A stretch of DNA of 64,000 nt from positions 7,017 to 71,016 of the forward strand of contig DAOTXE010000024.1 of NCBI GenBank assembly GCA_034435355.1, in the 5' to 3' direction. This DNA is from Chloroflexota bacterium. Its GTDB lineage: Bacteria > Chloroflexota > Limnocylindria > Limnocylindrales > CSP1-4. The position numbers were made by a program, and so were the translations under genes. Shown piece by piece: positions 37,505 to 46,382 of the stretch; within the stretch, counting starts at the first letter, position 1; each line of letters opens with the position of its first letter. The notes below the pieces were generated by a model. The model was not told the origin of the DNA. It did no database searches and saw only the letters and a list, made by a program, of their open reading frames with translations.

Positions 37505-38290
37505 GTGCCGCTCGAGATCGACATCCTCAGCCTGTTCCCGGAGATGCTCGCGGGCCCGCTCGCGGCCAGCATCCCCGCCCGCATCCAGGATTCGGGGCTG
37601 GCCTCGATCCGGGTCCACGACCTCCGGGCCTGGGGCCTCGGGCGGCACCGGAGCGTGGACGACGCCCCCTACGGCGGCGGGGCAGGGATGGTGCTGCGAC
37701 CGGAGCCCGTAGCGGGGGCGCTGGCGGCCCTGCGTCGGCCGGAGTCCACCGTCATCCTGTTCGACGCAGCGGGTGAGTCGTTCCGGCATGCGCGCGCCGC
37801 CGATCTCGCGACCCGACCGCACCTGGTGCTCGTCTGCCCGCGCTACGAAGGCGTCGACGAGCGCATCCGCGCCATGGCCGACCTGGAGCTGTCGATCGGC
37901 GACTTCGTCCTGACGGGCGGGGAGCTCCCGGCGCTGGTCGTCTGCGACGCCGTGCTGCGGCTCCTTCCCGGTGCGATCGAGGCCGGCTCGCTGACCGACG
38001 AGTCGTTCACGCAGGGGCTCCTCGAGTACCCCCAGTACACCCGGCCGGCGGTGTTCGAAGGGCGTGGCGTGCCGTCCGTCCTCACCTCCGGCGATCATGA
38101 AGCGGTGCGCCGATGGCGTCTCCGCGAGTCGCTGCGGCGCACGCTCGAGCGACGCCCGGACCTGCTCGAGGGCCGCCAGCTGAGGGCGGAAGAAGGGGCG
38201 CTGCTCGAGGAGATCGCCGAGGAACGGGCCGCCGATGACGAGGGGGCCGGGTCCGTCGGGTCCCCGGCCACCCCGAGCGGGCTGCCGTGA
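37505..38290 (+). CDS. trmD: tRNA (guanine37-N1)-methyltransferase TrmD
   Basis: IDILSLFPEM, DDAPYGGGAGMVL, CPRYEGVDERI, SIGDFVLTGGELPA, LEYPQYTRP, GDH..V..WR. Confidence 0.95.
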   Translation: MPLEIDILSLFPEMLAGPLAASIPARIQDSGLASIRVHDLRAWGLGRHRSVDDAPYGGGAGMVLRPEPVAGALAALRRPESTVILFDAAGESFRHARAADLATRPHLVLVCPRYEGVDERIRAMADLELSIGDFVLTGGELPALVVCDAVLRLLPGAIEAGSLTDESFTQGLLEYPQYTRPAVFEGRGVPSVLTSGDHEAVRRWRLRESLRRTLERRPDLLEGRQLRAEEGALLEEIAEERAADDEGAGSVGSPATPSGLP

Positions 38291-38306
38291 ACAGGCTGCC
38301 GTGAAC
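38280..38306 (+). repeat. Tandem direct repeat GGCTGCCGTGAAC x2 (period 14) spanning the trmD stop codon
   Basis: Identical 13-mers at 38280-38292 and 38294-38306. The second copy lies 16 nt upstream of the rplS -10 element. Confidence 0.8.
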
Positions 38307-38322
38307 GCGTGTTGACGCGTGC

Positions 38323-38328
38323 TATACT
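38323..38328 (+). promoter_or_regulatory. Putative extended -10 element TGcTATACT upstream of rplS
   Basis: TGCTATACTCCGC in the trmD-rplS spacer, 95 nt before GTG 38424. Confidence 0.45.
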
Positions 38329-38423
38329 CCGCCGTCGGTCGCCCGTCCGCGACCGATCCATCGTGCCCAGGAACGCGGCTCGCGGGACCGTCCCGGCCGC
38401 CCAGTGCAGCAGGGGTCGACCCG

Positions 38424-38771
38424 GTGAACGTACTCGACGAGATCGTCAAGGACCAGATTCGAACCGACATCCCGGCCCTCGCGCCCGGCGACACCGTGAA
38501 GGTCAGCGCCAAGGTCGTCGAGGGCAACCGGGAGCGCGTCCAGGTCTTCGAGGGCACCATCCTGCGCCTGACGGGCGGTGGGATCACGCGTTCGCTGACC
38601 GTGCGACGGATCGCCTCGGGCGTGGGCGTCGAGCGGACGTTCAAGGTCAACAGCCCGCGGATCGAGAAGATCGAGGTCGTCCGGCACGGCGTGGCGCGGC
38701 GCGCGAAGCTCTACTTCCTGCGCCGGCGGGTCGGCAAGGCGGCGACGCTCCGGGAACGGCGCACGAGCTGA
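38424..38771 (+). CDS. rplS: 50S ribosomal protein L19
   Basis: GTG 38424: [43 protein letters not shown].....GGI..S.TVRRI..GVGVER.F...SP.I..IEV; 115 aa, the usual L19 size. Confidence 0.93.
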   Translation: MNVLDEIVKDQIRTDIPALAPGDTVKVSAKVVEGNRERVQVFEGTILRLTGGGITRSLTVRRIASGVGVERTFKVNSPRIEKIEVVRHGVARRAKLYFLRRRVGKAATLRERRTS

Positions 38772-38810
38772 CGCCCGGAAGGGCATCGCCCGGCTGAGCC
38801 ACTCCTGACA

Positions 38811-38832
38811 CGGCCCCGCTCCGGCGGGGCCG
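38811..38832 (+). terminator. Probable terminator hairpin after rplS
   Basis: CGGCCCCGC-tccg-GCGGGGCCG, perfect 9-bp stem, followed by TT; 40 nt after the rplS stop. Confidence 0.5.
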
Positions 38833-38864
38833 TTCCGAGCCCGGCACTCCGGTTCTGGCTCGTC

Positions 38865-38870
38865 TACGCT
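38865..38870 (+). promoter_or_regulatory. Possible -10 element TACGCT 8 nt before the rnhB ATG (leaderless candidate)
   Basis: CTACGCTGTCGGGCGATG; no SD; located between the rplS terminator hairpin and ATG 38879. Confidence 0.35.
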
Positions 38871-38878
38871 GTCGGGCG

Positions 38879-39589
38879 ATGGCCCCGATCGTGCCCACCC
38901 TGCGCCGCGAACGTCTGCTCTGGAGGGCGGGCGCGTTGCGCGTGGCGGGCGTGGACGAGGTGGGCGTCGCGCCGACCTGCGGCCCGGTGGTTGCCGCAGC
39001 GGTCATCTTCCGCCCGAACTGCCGCCGCATCGCCGGCGCCCGCGATTCGAAGACGCTCTCGGCGGCTCAGCGCGAGGCGCTCGCGCCCGAGATCCGGCGC
39101 CGCGCCCTGGCCGTGGGCGTCGGTGCCGCGTCCGTCGCGGAGATCGACCGGCTCAACATCTACCACGCCACGCACCTCGCGATGCGCCGTGCGATCGTCC
39201 GGCTCGGCGGGCACGACCACGTGATGGTCGACGGCCTGCCGATTGCCGGGTTCGAGGCCGCCGTGGGCCCCTACGACGCGATCGTGGACGGCGATGCCCT
39301 GGTGTACTCCATCGCGTGCGCCTCGGTGGTCGCCAAGGTGGTCCGCGATCGCCTGATGGCCCGCCTCGCGGCGCGCTATCCGGGCTACGGATGGGAGCAC
39401 AACGCCGGCTACGCGACGGCTGAGCACCGGGCCGCGCTCCGGATCCTTGGCGTGACGCCCTACCATCGGCGGTCGTTCGCGCCAGTCCGCGAGGCGCTGG
39501 CGGGCGTCGAGCAGCTCGACTTCCAGCTCGACGAGCCGGGCGGGATCCCGCGCGGCGATGCGGGCGTGCGCGTGCCGTCGGCCGGCTGA
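38879..39589 (+). CDS. rnhB: Ribonuclease HII
   Basis: VAGVDEVG......GPVVAAAVI, DSK.LS...RE, ASVVAKV.RD..M, YPGYGW..N.GY.T..H..A....G....HRRSF. Confidence 0.93.
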   Translation: MAPIVPTLRRERLLWRAGALRVAGVDEVGVAPTCGPVVAAAVIFRPNCRRIAGARDSKTLSAAQREALAPEIRRRALAVGVGAASVAEIDRLNIYHATHLAMRRAIVRLGGHDHVMVDGLPIAGFEAAVGPYDAIVDGDALVYSIACASVVAKVVRDRLMARLAARYPGYGWEHNAGYATAEHRAALRILGVTPYHRRSFAPVREALAGVEQLDFQLDEPGGIPRGDAGVRVPSAG

Positions 39590-39617
39590 CCGCCGACACG
39601 GCCACGAGGATCCACGG

Positions 39618-40349
39618 ATGAGCGGACCCCTTCCACGACCCGGGGCAAGGCCGTCAGGCGCGGCGCTCGACGACCCGGCGATCGCCGCTGCTGTCCGGCT
39701 GTCGTTCCTGGGCCGGGTGCCGGTTGCCTCACTGCTGCAGCTGCTCGACGATGCGCTTGACGTCGTCGTCCCCGCCGGCGGCGTCATCCATCCGGAGGGC
39801 GGCGCTCCGTTCGCCATGTTGGTGGTCAGCGGTCTCGTGCGGATCGTGGCGTCATCACCCGACGGCCGCCAGGCGACCATCCGGTATGCACGGAGCGGGG
39901 CCCAGCTTGGGTTCGGGTCGCTGTTCTCGGTGCTCCCGAATGTCGTCGCGGCGGTGGCGCTGCGCGACACGCGAGTCGTCGCCCTTCGACCTGGCCGTGC
40001 GCACGAGCTGGCAACGACGGATCCCGCGATCGCCGCCGCGCTGCTGACCGAGCTCTCGGACCGCATCATCGCGTACCAGGGCGAGCTCGTCGGGAGCACC
40101 TTCTCGGGGCTCCGCCAGAAGGTCGCGCGACATCTGCTCGACATCGCTCAGCCCGCCCGAGGTGCGGGACCCCTCGTCGCGCACATCTCGCAGGCTGCCC
40201 TCGCCGATGCCGTCGGGACGAGTCGGGAGGTCGTGGTCCGGGTGCTCCGCGACCTCAGGGTTGCCGGTCTGGTCGAGACGCGACGTGACGGGGTCGTGCT
40301 GCTGGCGCCGGAACGCCTGCACGAGGAGTCGTGGCCGACGACGCCGTGA
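39618..40349 (+). CDS. Crp/Fnr family transcriptional regulator
   Basis: ATG 39618 with GAGGA SD. cNMP-binding-like beta-barrel (G.VIHPEG.....LVVSGLVRIV..S.DGR...IRYA..G...G) and C-terminal HTH (ISQAALADAVGTSREVVVRVLRDLRVAGLVE). Confidence 0.85.
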   Translation: MSGPLPRPGARPSGAALDDPAIAAAVRLSFLGRVPVASLLQLLDDALDVVVPAGGVIHPEGGAPFAMLVVSGLVRIVASSPDGRQATIRYARSGAQLGFGSLFSVLPNVVAAVALRDTRVVALRPGRAHELATTDPAIAAALLTELSDRIIAYQGELVGSTFSGLRQKVARHLLDIAQPARGAGPLVAHISQAALADAVGTSREVVVRVLRDLRVAGLVETRRDGVVLLAPERLHEESWPTTP

Positions 40350-40403
40350 GGAGCAAAGGTTCCCCGCGGCCGGTGCCAAGGTCGCTGACGCGCATGGCCC
40401 GCG

Positions 40404-40413
40404 CGTTGCAACG
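40404..40413. promoter_or_regulatory. Perfect 10-bp palindrome CGTTGCAACG flanked by TGACGC direct repeats, upstream of the FAD oxidase gene (candidate operator)
   Basis: Palindrome at 40404-40413; TGACGC at 40386-40391 and 40420-40425; lies in the 109-nt spacer downstream of the Crp-family gene. Confidence 0.3.
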
Positions 40414-40458
40414 TCCGAGTGACGCAAACACGACCAGCCGAAGTGAAGGAGCGATCGG

Positions 40459-41868
40459 ATGTCCGACCAGGAAACGACCAGCCGGGATCTGCCCAAGGGC
40501 GCCCTGGCGGCTCTCGTCAGCCAGATCTCCGGGCACCTCGTGCGCCCAAGCGACCCGGAATATGGCGACGCGCGACGCGTCTGGAACGGCATGATCGACC
40601 GGTATCCGGCCGCGATCCTGCGCTGCGACTCGAACGCCGACGTCGCGGCGGGCATCCGGTTCGCCCGCGAGACCGGGCTCGCGATCTCCGTGCGCTCCGG
40701 CGGCCACAACGTCGCCGGCTTCGGGACATGCGACAACGGGCTCGTGCTCGACCTGTCACGGATGCGGTCCGTGGACCTCGATCCGGCGGCTCGCGTTGCG
40801 CGGATCGGCGGAGGCCACACGTGGGGCTCGTTCGACGCCGCGCTCGCCGACGCCGGGCTCCACACGACGGGCGGCCTCGTCTCGACGACCGGCGTTGCCG
40901 GTTTCACGCTCGGCGGCGGGATCGGGTGGCTCCAGCGCCGCCACGGGCTCGCCTGCGACAACCTCGTCGGTGCCGACGTGGTGACTGCGGACGGCACTGT
41001 CGTCCGGGCGGGTGCGGACGGGGACCCGGACCTCCTCTGGGGCCTCCGTGGCGGCGGCGGCAACTTCGGGGTCGTCACGTCGATGACGTTCCGCGTTCAC
41101 CCGGTGACGTCGGTGACCGGCGGCATGGCGATGTTCCCGGCCGCGCGGGCGGCCGAGGTCCTCCAGGCGTTCGGAGAGCTCTCGGCGTCCGCCGACGACG
41201 ACCTGACGCTGGTCGCGGCCATGATCACCGCTCCGCCCGCGCCGTTCGTGCCGGCCGACCTCCAGGGCCGCCCGGCGATCGCAATCGCCGCCTGCCACGC
41301 CGGCGACCCGGCGGCCGGCGAGCGCGCGCTGCGGCCGGTCAAGGCACTCGGACCCAGCGCCGACCTGCTGGGGCCGATGCCCTACAACGTGCTCCAGACG
41401 ATGCTCGACCCGACTGCGCCGGCCGGCCAGCGGCAGTACTGGAAGTCCGGATACCTGCGCTCCCTCGAGCCCGCGTTCCTCACGACCCTGCTGGAGTGGT
41501 CGGACCGCAAGCCCGTCCCCTTCGGGCAGGTGCACCTGCATCAGATGGGAGGCGCGGTCGCCGGAATCGGGCGGGAGGCGACGGCGTTCGCCCATCGAGA
41601 CGCGGCGTTCACGCTCAACATCATCGGCACGTGGGACCGGGCGGACGAGGACGAGGCCGGGATCGCCTGGGCACGGGGTGCCTTCGGCGCCGTGGCTCCA
41701 TGGACCGACGGTGTCTACGTGAACTTCCTCGGCTCGGAGGGCGAGGATCGGATCCGCGACGCGTATGGGTCCGCGACGTATGCGCGGCTGGCCCAGCTCA
41801 AGCGCCGGCTCGATCCCGACAACATCTTCCACCTGAACCAGAACATCCGGCCGGCGGCGGTCGGCTGA
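40459..41868 (+). CDS. FAD-binding oxidoreductase (PCMH/vanillyl-alcohol-oxidase fold with BBE-type C-terminus)
   Basis: AAGGAG SD. P.AILRC.S..DV...I.FARE.GL.ISVRSGGHN..G, GGGNFGVVT...F..HP, C-terminal DP.NIFH.NQNI (berberine-bridge motif). Confidence 0.88.
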   Translation: MSDQETTSRDLPKGALAALVSQISGHLVRPSDPEYGDARRVWNGMIDRYPAAILRCDSNADVAAGIRFARETGLAISVRSGGHNVAGFGTCDNGLVLDLSRMRSVDLDPAARVARIGGGHTWGSFDAALADAGLHTTGGLVSTTGVAGFTLGGGIGWLQRRHGLACDNLVGADVVTADGTVVRAGADGDPDLLWGLRGGGGNFGVVTSMTFRVHPVTSVTGGMAMFPAARAAEVLQAFGELSASADDDLTLVAAMITAPPAPFVPADLQGRPAIAIAACHAGDPAAGERALRPVKALGPSADLLGPMPYNVLQTMLDPTAPAGQRQYWKSGYLRSLEPAFLTTLLEWSDRKPVPFGQVHLHQMGGAVAGIGREATAFAHRDAAFTLNIIGTWDRADEDEAGIAWARGAFGAVAPWTDGVYVNFLGSEGEDRIRDAYGSATYARLAQLKRRLDPDNIFHLNQNIRPAAVG

Positions 41869-42022
41869 GCTCGCGCCTTCCACGCCACGGTGGCCCGGTC
41901 ACGCGGAGGACGAGCCAGACCGTCCCGTCCTTCGCGACCGGCGTTCGTGGGAGGCCCCCTGGTTGCGAGACACCCCAGGGCGTGCATGGATCCGGGGTAA
42001 GGCGGCGGTGAGCCTGGCCGGG

Positions 42023-42028
42023 TAGGGT
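42023..42028 (+). promoter_or_regulatory. Possible -10 element TAGGGT 5 nt before the yraN ATG (leaderless candidate)
   Basis: GGTAGGGTGGGGCATG; no SD. Confidence 0.3.
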
Positions 42029-42033
42029 GGGGC

Positions 42034-42450
42034 ATGGCCCCGATCCCTCCGAACGCGCGGCGGACGTCCGCCCAGCGGGCCGGTGACGCGGCGGAGGCGC
42101 ACGTCGCCGCCCAGCTGGTCGCCCGGGGCTGGGTCGTCCTCGGCCGGCAGGTGCGCGCGGGACGATCGGAGCTGGACCTCGTCGCCGTCGACCCGGGCCC
42201 GGAGCGCTGCCTCGTCATCGTCGAGGTGCGCTGGCGCCGCCGGCGTGACTTCGGGCTCCCTGAGGAGACGTTGGACCATCGGAAGCTCACCAGGCTGCGG
42301 GTCGGCGTAGGGCGGCTCCTGGGTGCCGGCCGGCTCCCCGACGGGACGGCCCTGCCGGACCTCCCCGTGCGGCTGGATCTCGTTGTGATGGAGCCGCCCG
42401 CGTGGCGAGGCGGTCCGCCGCGGCTCCGTCACCATCGCGCGATTGGTTGA
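42034..42450 (+). CDS. yraN: YraN family (UPF0102) predicted endonuclease
   Basis: G..AE..VA..L...GW.VL.RQ.R....ELDLVA.........IVEV. is the YraN/Holliday-junction-resolvase-like core. Confidence 0.85.
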   Translation: MAPIPPNARRTSAQRAGDAAEAHVAAQLVARGWVVLGRQVRAGRSELDLVAVDPGPERCLVIVEVRWRRRRDFGLPEETLDHRKLTRLRVGVGRLLGAGRLPDGTALPDLPVRLDLVVMEPPAWRGGPPRLRHHRAIG

Positions 42451-42524
42451 TCGCGGCGTCGCGGGGACGGCCGGCGGCCGGCGCGGGGAGCGCCCAACCG
42501 GGCGGCCGGCAGGTAGCCCTGTGG

Positions 42525-42530
42525 TAGACT
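42525..42530 (+). promoter_or_regulatory. Putative extended -10 element TGgTAGACT upstream of rpsB-tsf
   Basis: TGGTAGACTCCGC, a member of the recurring motif, 168 nt upstream of GTG 42698. Confidence 0.4.
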
Positions 42531-42697
42531 CCGCCCCGGTCGCCGGGTCGCCCGGCGCCAGCCGCCGTGCCGCGAACGCGGCCGGCGAGATCACACGCGG
42601 TGCCAGACCACGCTTCGGGTCGGTGCCGGGCGGCCACACGGCGCCCGGTCCCGGGGCAGGGCCCGCGGAGGAACAACCGAACAGGAGGTCCATCCCC

Positions 42698-43597
42698 GTG
42701 CCAACCGTCTCCATGCGGCAGCTGCTCGAGGCCGGCGTGCACTTCGGCCACCAGACCCGCCGCTGGAATCCCAAGATGCGCCCGTTCATCTTCGCGGAGC
42801 GCAACGGGATTCACATCATCGACCTGGCCCAGACCGTCAAGCGTCTCGACGTTGCCCTCGACGCCATCCGCGCGACCACTGCACGGGGCGAGCAGGTCCT
42901 CTTCGTCGGCACCAAGAAGCAGGCCCAGGAGCCGATCGTCCAGGAGGCGGATCGGGCGGGCCAGCCGTACGTCACGAGCCGCTGGCTCGGCGGGATGCTC
43001 ACCAACTTCGTCACCATTAAGAAGCGGCTCGGCCTGCTCGAGCAGCTCGAGGCACGCCAGCTCAATGGCGACTTCGAGCGGATGAGCAAGAAGGAGGCCG
43101 CGGTCCTCACCGAGGAGCTGCGCAAGCTCAAGCTCTCGCTCGGCGGCATCCGAAAGATGCGCCGCCTGCCGGGCGCGGTCTTCATCATTGACCCGGCCCG
43201 CGAGCGGATCGCGGTCGCCGAATGCATCAAGCTGGAGATCCCGATCATCGGAACCGGCGACACGAACGTCGACCCGGACGAGATCGACTACATCATCCCT
43301 GGCAACGACGACGCCATCCGGGCCATCCGGCTTCTGTGCTCGCTGATCGCCGATGCAGCGATCGAGGGGAACCGCGAGCGCGCAGCCCGCAGCGACCGCG
43401 AGCCCGAGCCCGAGATGGCTGCCGCCTTCGGTGCCGACGAGATGGCATCCGCCGACGACCTGGTCGCCCAGCTCGCGGCGGGCGGAGCCCTGACATTCGA
43501 GCCCGACGCCGAGGAGGACGAGCTCCTGCCCGGCGCCGCAGCCCTTGCCCAGGTCGACGCGGCCGCCCCAGCGGACCAGGTCATCCCGGCCGAGTGA
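42698..43597 (+). CDS. rpsB: 30S ribosomal protein S2 with acidic C-terminal tail
   Basis: GTG 42698 with AGGAGG SD 9 nt upstream. [75 protein letters not shown]. Confidence 0.94.
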   Translation: MPTVSMRQLLEAGVHFGHQTRRWNPKMRPFIFAERNGIHIIDLAQTVKRLDVALDAIRATTARGEQVLFVGTKKQAQEPIVQEADRAGQPYVTSRWLGGMLTNFVTIKKRLGLLEQLEARQLNGDFERMSKKEAAVLTEELRKLKLSLGGIRKMRRLPGAVFIIDPARERIAVAECIKLEIPIIGTGDTNVDPDEIDYIIPGNDDAIRAIRLLCSLIADAAIEGNRERAARSDREPEPEMAAAFGADEMASADDLVAQLAAGGALTFEPDAEEDELLPGAAALAQVDAAAPADQVIPAE

Positions 43598-43668
43598 CGC
43601 GCCGCCATCCGAACCCAGCCGGGGACGTGCACGCCGCCGGCAGCACCTGACAGGAGACGCACCAACCC

Positions 43669-44268
43669 ATGGCGAACTTCTCCGCGAGCGATGTCAAGGA
43701 GCTCCGCGAGCGCACGGGCGCCGGCTTCATGGATTGCAAGCGCGCGCTCGAGGAATCGGACGGCAACCTGGACAGAGCGGTCGTCCTCCTCCGGGAGCGC
43801 GGCCTCGCTGCGGCCGCGAAGCGGTCATCCCGCGATGCCCGCGACGGACTGGTAGCGAGCTACATCCATCCGGGCGGCCGCGTCGGGGTTCTCATCGAGG
43901 TCAACTGCGAGACAGACTTCGTCGCGCGGACCGAGCAGTTCCAGAAGCTCGTGCACGACCTGGCGGTGCAGGTCGCCGGGCTTGCCCCAGCCTGGGTGGA
44001 CGTGGATCGGATCCCGGCCGAGGCGCTCGAAGTGAAGCGGGCGGAGCTCCTGGCGGACCCCGCCACCCAGAAGAAGCCCGAGCAGATCCGCCCGCAGATC
44101 GTCGAGGGCCAGCTCAAGAAGTGGTACGCGGAGGTCTGCCTGATGGAGCAGCCGTTCCGTGACACCGACATGAGCGTCCGCGACCTCGTCACCGGGGCGA
44201 TCGCCACGATCGGGGAGAACATCCGCGTCCGGCGCTTCGTTCGCTACGCGCTCGGCGAGGAGCTGTGA
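43669..44268 (+). CDS. tsf: Elongation factor Ts (short form)
   Basis: [19 protein letters not shown]....GN.D.AV..LRE.G...[16 protein letters not shown]. Confidence 0.94.
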   Translation: MANFSASDVKELRERTGAGFMDCKRALEESDGNLDRAVVLLRERGLAAAAKRSSRDARDGLVASYIHPGGRVGVLIEVNCETDFVARTEQFQKLVHDLAVQVAGLAPAWVDVDRIPAEALEVKRAELLADPATQKKPEQIRPQIVEGQLKKWYAEVCLMEQPFRDTDMSVRDLVTGAIATIGENIRVRRFVRYALGEEL

Positions 44269-45038
44269 GCGAGAGCGGGGCTGGGTCCGCGGCGCGGGCC
44301 GGCGCCGCGGAGGCGCCTCTCTACGGCAGGATCCTCCTCAAGATCTCGGGCGAGGCCCTGCTCGGCGAGCGCCAGTACGGCGTGGACCCCGCCTTCTGCG
44401 CCTTCATCGCCGGCCAGGTCGGGGCCGCCTGCCGGGCGGGCGTCCAGGTCGGGATCGTGGTCGGGGGAGGCAACATCTTCCGCGGGCTCGCGGCGGCCGC
44501 CCGCGGGATGGACCGCGCCACCGGGGACTACATCGGGATGCTGGCGACCGTCATGAACGGGCTGGCGCTGCAGGATGCGCTGGAGCGAATCGGCGTCCCG
44601 ACACGGGTGATGACGGCGATCGCCATGAACGAGGTCGCCGAGCCGTACATCAGGCGCCGGGCGATTCGCCACCTCGAGAAGGGCCGCGTGGTGATCTTCG
44701 TCGCCGGGACCGGCAACCCGTACTTCACCACCGACACCGCTGCGGCCCTGCGCGCCGTCGAGATCGGCGCCTCGGTCCTCCTGAAGGCCACCCGGGTCGA
44801 CGGCGTGTACGACGCCGATCCGGCGACCCACCCGGAGGCGCGGCGCTACACGGACCTGACCTTCGCGGCCGTCCTGACCGAACGGCTGGCCGTCCTCGAC
44901 TCGACGGCCGTCTCGCTGTGCATGGAGAATGATCTCCCGATCATCGTGTTCGACCTGAACCGGCCCGACAACGTGCGCCGGGCCGTGATGGGGGAGCAGA
45001 TCGGCACCCGCATCGCCGCCGGAGGTACTCCCGCATGA
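44265..45038 (+). CDS. pyrH: UMP kinase
   Basis: [67 protein letters not shown] overlap with tsf. Confidence 0.95.
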   Translation: MSESGAGSAARAGAAEAPLYGRILLKISGEALLGERQYGVDPAFCAFIAGQVGAACRAGVQVGIVVGGGNIFRGLAAAARGMDRATGDYIGMLATVMNGLALQDALERIGVPTRVMTAIAMNEVAEPYIRRRAIRHLEKGRVVIFVAGTGNPYFTTDTAAALRAVEIGASVLLKATRVDGVYDADPATHPEARRYTDLTFAAVLTERLAVLDSTAVSLCMENDLPIIVFDLNRPDNVRRAVMGEQIGTRIAAGGTPA

Positions 45039-45592
45039 GCAGCCACGTTCTGGGGGACATCGAACCGAAGATGACGCGCGCCGTGGAGGTGCTGGAGCGC
45101 GACCTGCAGGGGATCAGGACCGGACGCGCCTCGACCGCCCTCGTCGAGCGGATCCACGTGGAGTACTACGGCACGTCGACGCCGCTCAACCAGCTGGCCG
45201 GGATCAGCGTTCCGGAGCCGCACCAGATCGTCATCCAGCCCTGGGATCGGGGCGTTCTCGGCGCGATCGAGAAGGCCATCCTCAAGAGCGACGTGGGCCT
45301 GACCCCGAACGTGGATGGCACGTCGGTCCGCCTCAACATCCCGCAGCTGACCGAGGAGCGCCGGCGCGACATCGTCAAGGTCGTCCACAGGCGGATGGAG
45401 GAGGCGCGGGTCGAGATCCGCAATCTGCGCCGCGAGGCCGCCGACGCCATCAAGAAGGAAGAGCGCGACGGCACGCTGGGCACGGACGAGGCGCACCGCG
45501 AGCTTGAGATCCTGCAACGGGTGACCGACCGCCAGATCGCCGAGGTCGACAAGGTGGGCGGCGCCAAGGAGCACGAGGTCCTCGAAGTCTAG
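45035..45592 (+). CDS. frr: Ribosome recycling factor
   Basis: L..IRTGRA....VE.I.VEYYG...PLNQLA.ISVPE......[24 protein letters not shown] overlap with pyrH. Confidence 0.95.
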   Translation: MSSHVLGDIEPKMTRAVEVLERDLQGIRTGRASTALVERIHVEYYGTSTPLNQLAGISVPEPHQIVIQPWDRGVLGAIEKAILKSDVGLTPNVDGTSVRLNIPQLTEERRRDIVKVVHRRMEEARVEIRNLRREAADAIKKEERDGTLGTDEAHRELEILQRVTDRQIAEVDKVGGAKEHEVLEV

Positions 45593-46369
45593 GTGTTCCC
45601 CGCCCAGCCGGCCCCGCCGATGGACGCGCCGCGCGCTGCCCCTGAGGTGGAACGGGCCGCCCAGATGGACGAGGGGCCCGACACCGGCCCCCGGCCGGCG
45701 CACGTCGCGATCATCATGGACGGCAATCGCCGCTGGGCCCGGGCGCACGGCCTGCCGGAGCTCGACGGACACGGGGCGGGCGTCGACAAGATCCACTGGC
45801 TCGTGGAGCACGCGATCCGGCGCGGGATCGGCGTCCTGTCCCTGTATGCCTTCAGCCGAGAGAACTGGGCGCGGTCCGAGGCGGAGGTCGCGGGGCTCTT
45901 CACGCTGCTCGACCAGGCGATCCGCGCCGAGACCCCCGAGCTGGTTCGCCAGGGCGTCCGCGTGCGCGTCGCGGGCCGGCTGGCGGAGGTGCCGGCGGAC
46001 ATCCGGAGCTCCATCGCGGAAGCGCTCGCCGCGACCGAAGGAGGAACCCGCCTGGTCCTCAACATCGCCTTCAACTACGCCGGCCGAACGGAGATCGTGG
46101 ATGCGGTGCGCGCGATCGTCGCGGCGGGCACGCCGGCCGACGAGATCGACGAGGCGACGATCGCGGGCCGCCTGTACACGGCCGGGTTGCCCGACCCGGA
46201 CCTCGTGATCCGCACCGGCGGAGAGCAGCGTCTCTCGAACTTCCTCATCTGGCAGTCGGCCTACGCGGAGTTCCACTCGTGTCCCGCGCTCTGGCCGGAC
46301 TTCGACGCCGAGGCCTTCGACACCGCGCTCGAGGAGTACGCGGGGCGCGGCCGCCGGTTCGGACGCTGA
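45593..46369 (+). CDS. uppS: Di-trans,poly-cis-undecaprenyl-diphosphate synthase
   Basis: HVAIIMDGNRRWA, GH..G, LSLYAFS.ENW.R, PDLVIRTGGE.RLSNFL.WQ.AY.EF. Confidence 0.94.
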   Translation: MFPAQPAPPMDAPRAAPEVERAAQMDEGPDTGPRPAHVAIIMDGNRRWARAHGLPELDGHGAGVDKIHWLVEHAIRRGIGVLSLYAFSRENWARSEAEVAGLFTLLDQAIRAETPELVRQGVRVRVAGRLAEVPADIRSSIAEALAATEGGTRLVLNIAFNYAGRTEIVDAVRAIVAAGTPADEIDEATIAGRLYTAGLPDPDLVIRTGGEQRLSNFLIWQSAYAEFHSCPALWPDFDAEAFDTALEEYAGRGRRFGR

Positions 46370-46382
46370 CCGGGGCGCGACG

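Noticed and set aside
38312-38317. TTGACG as the -35 element for the rplS TATACT
   Set aside because: It lies only 5 nt upstream of the -10 hexamer, which is incompatible with the 16-18-nt spacing of sigma-70 promoters. It is probably fortuitous.
40459-41868. BBE-type FAD oxidase as a marker of a biosynthetic gene cluster
   Set aside because: It is a single enzyme flanked by housekeeping genes (rnhB, yraN, rpsB). No PKS, NRPS, terpene, tailoring or transporter genes are nearby.
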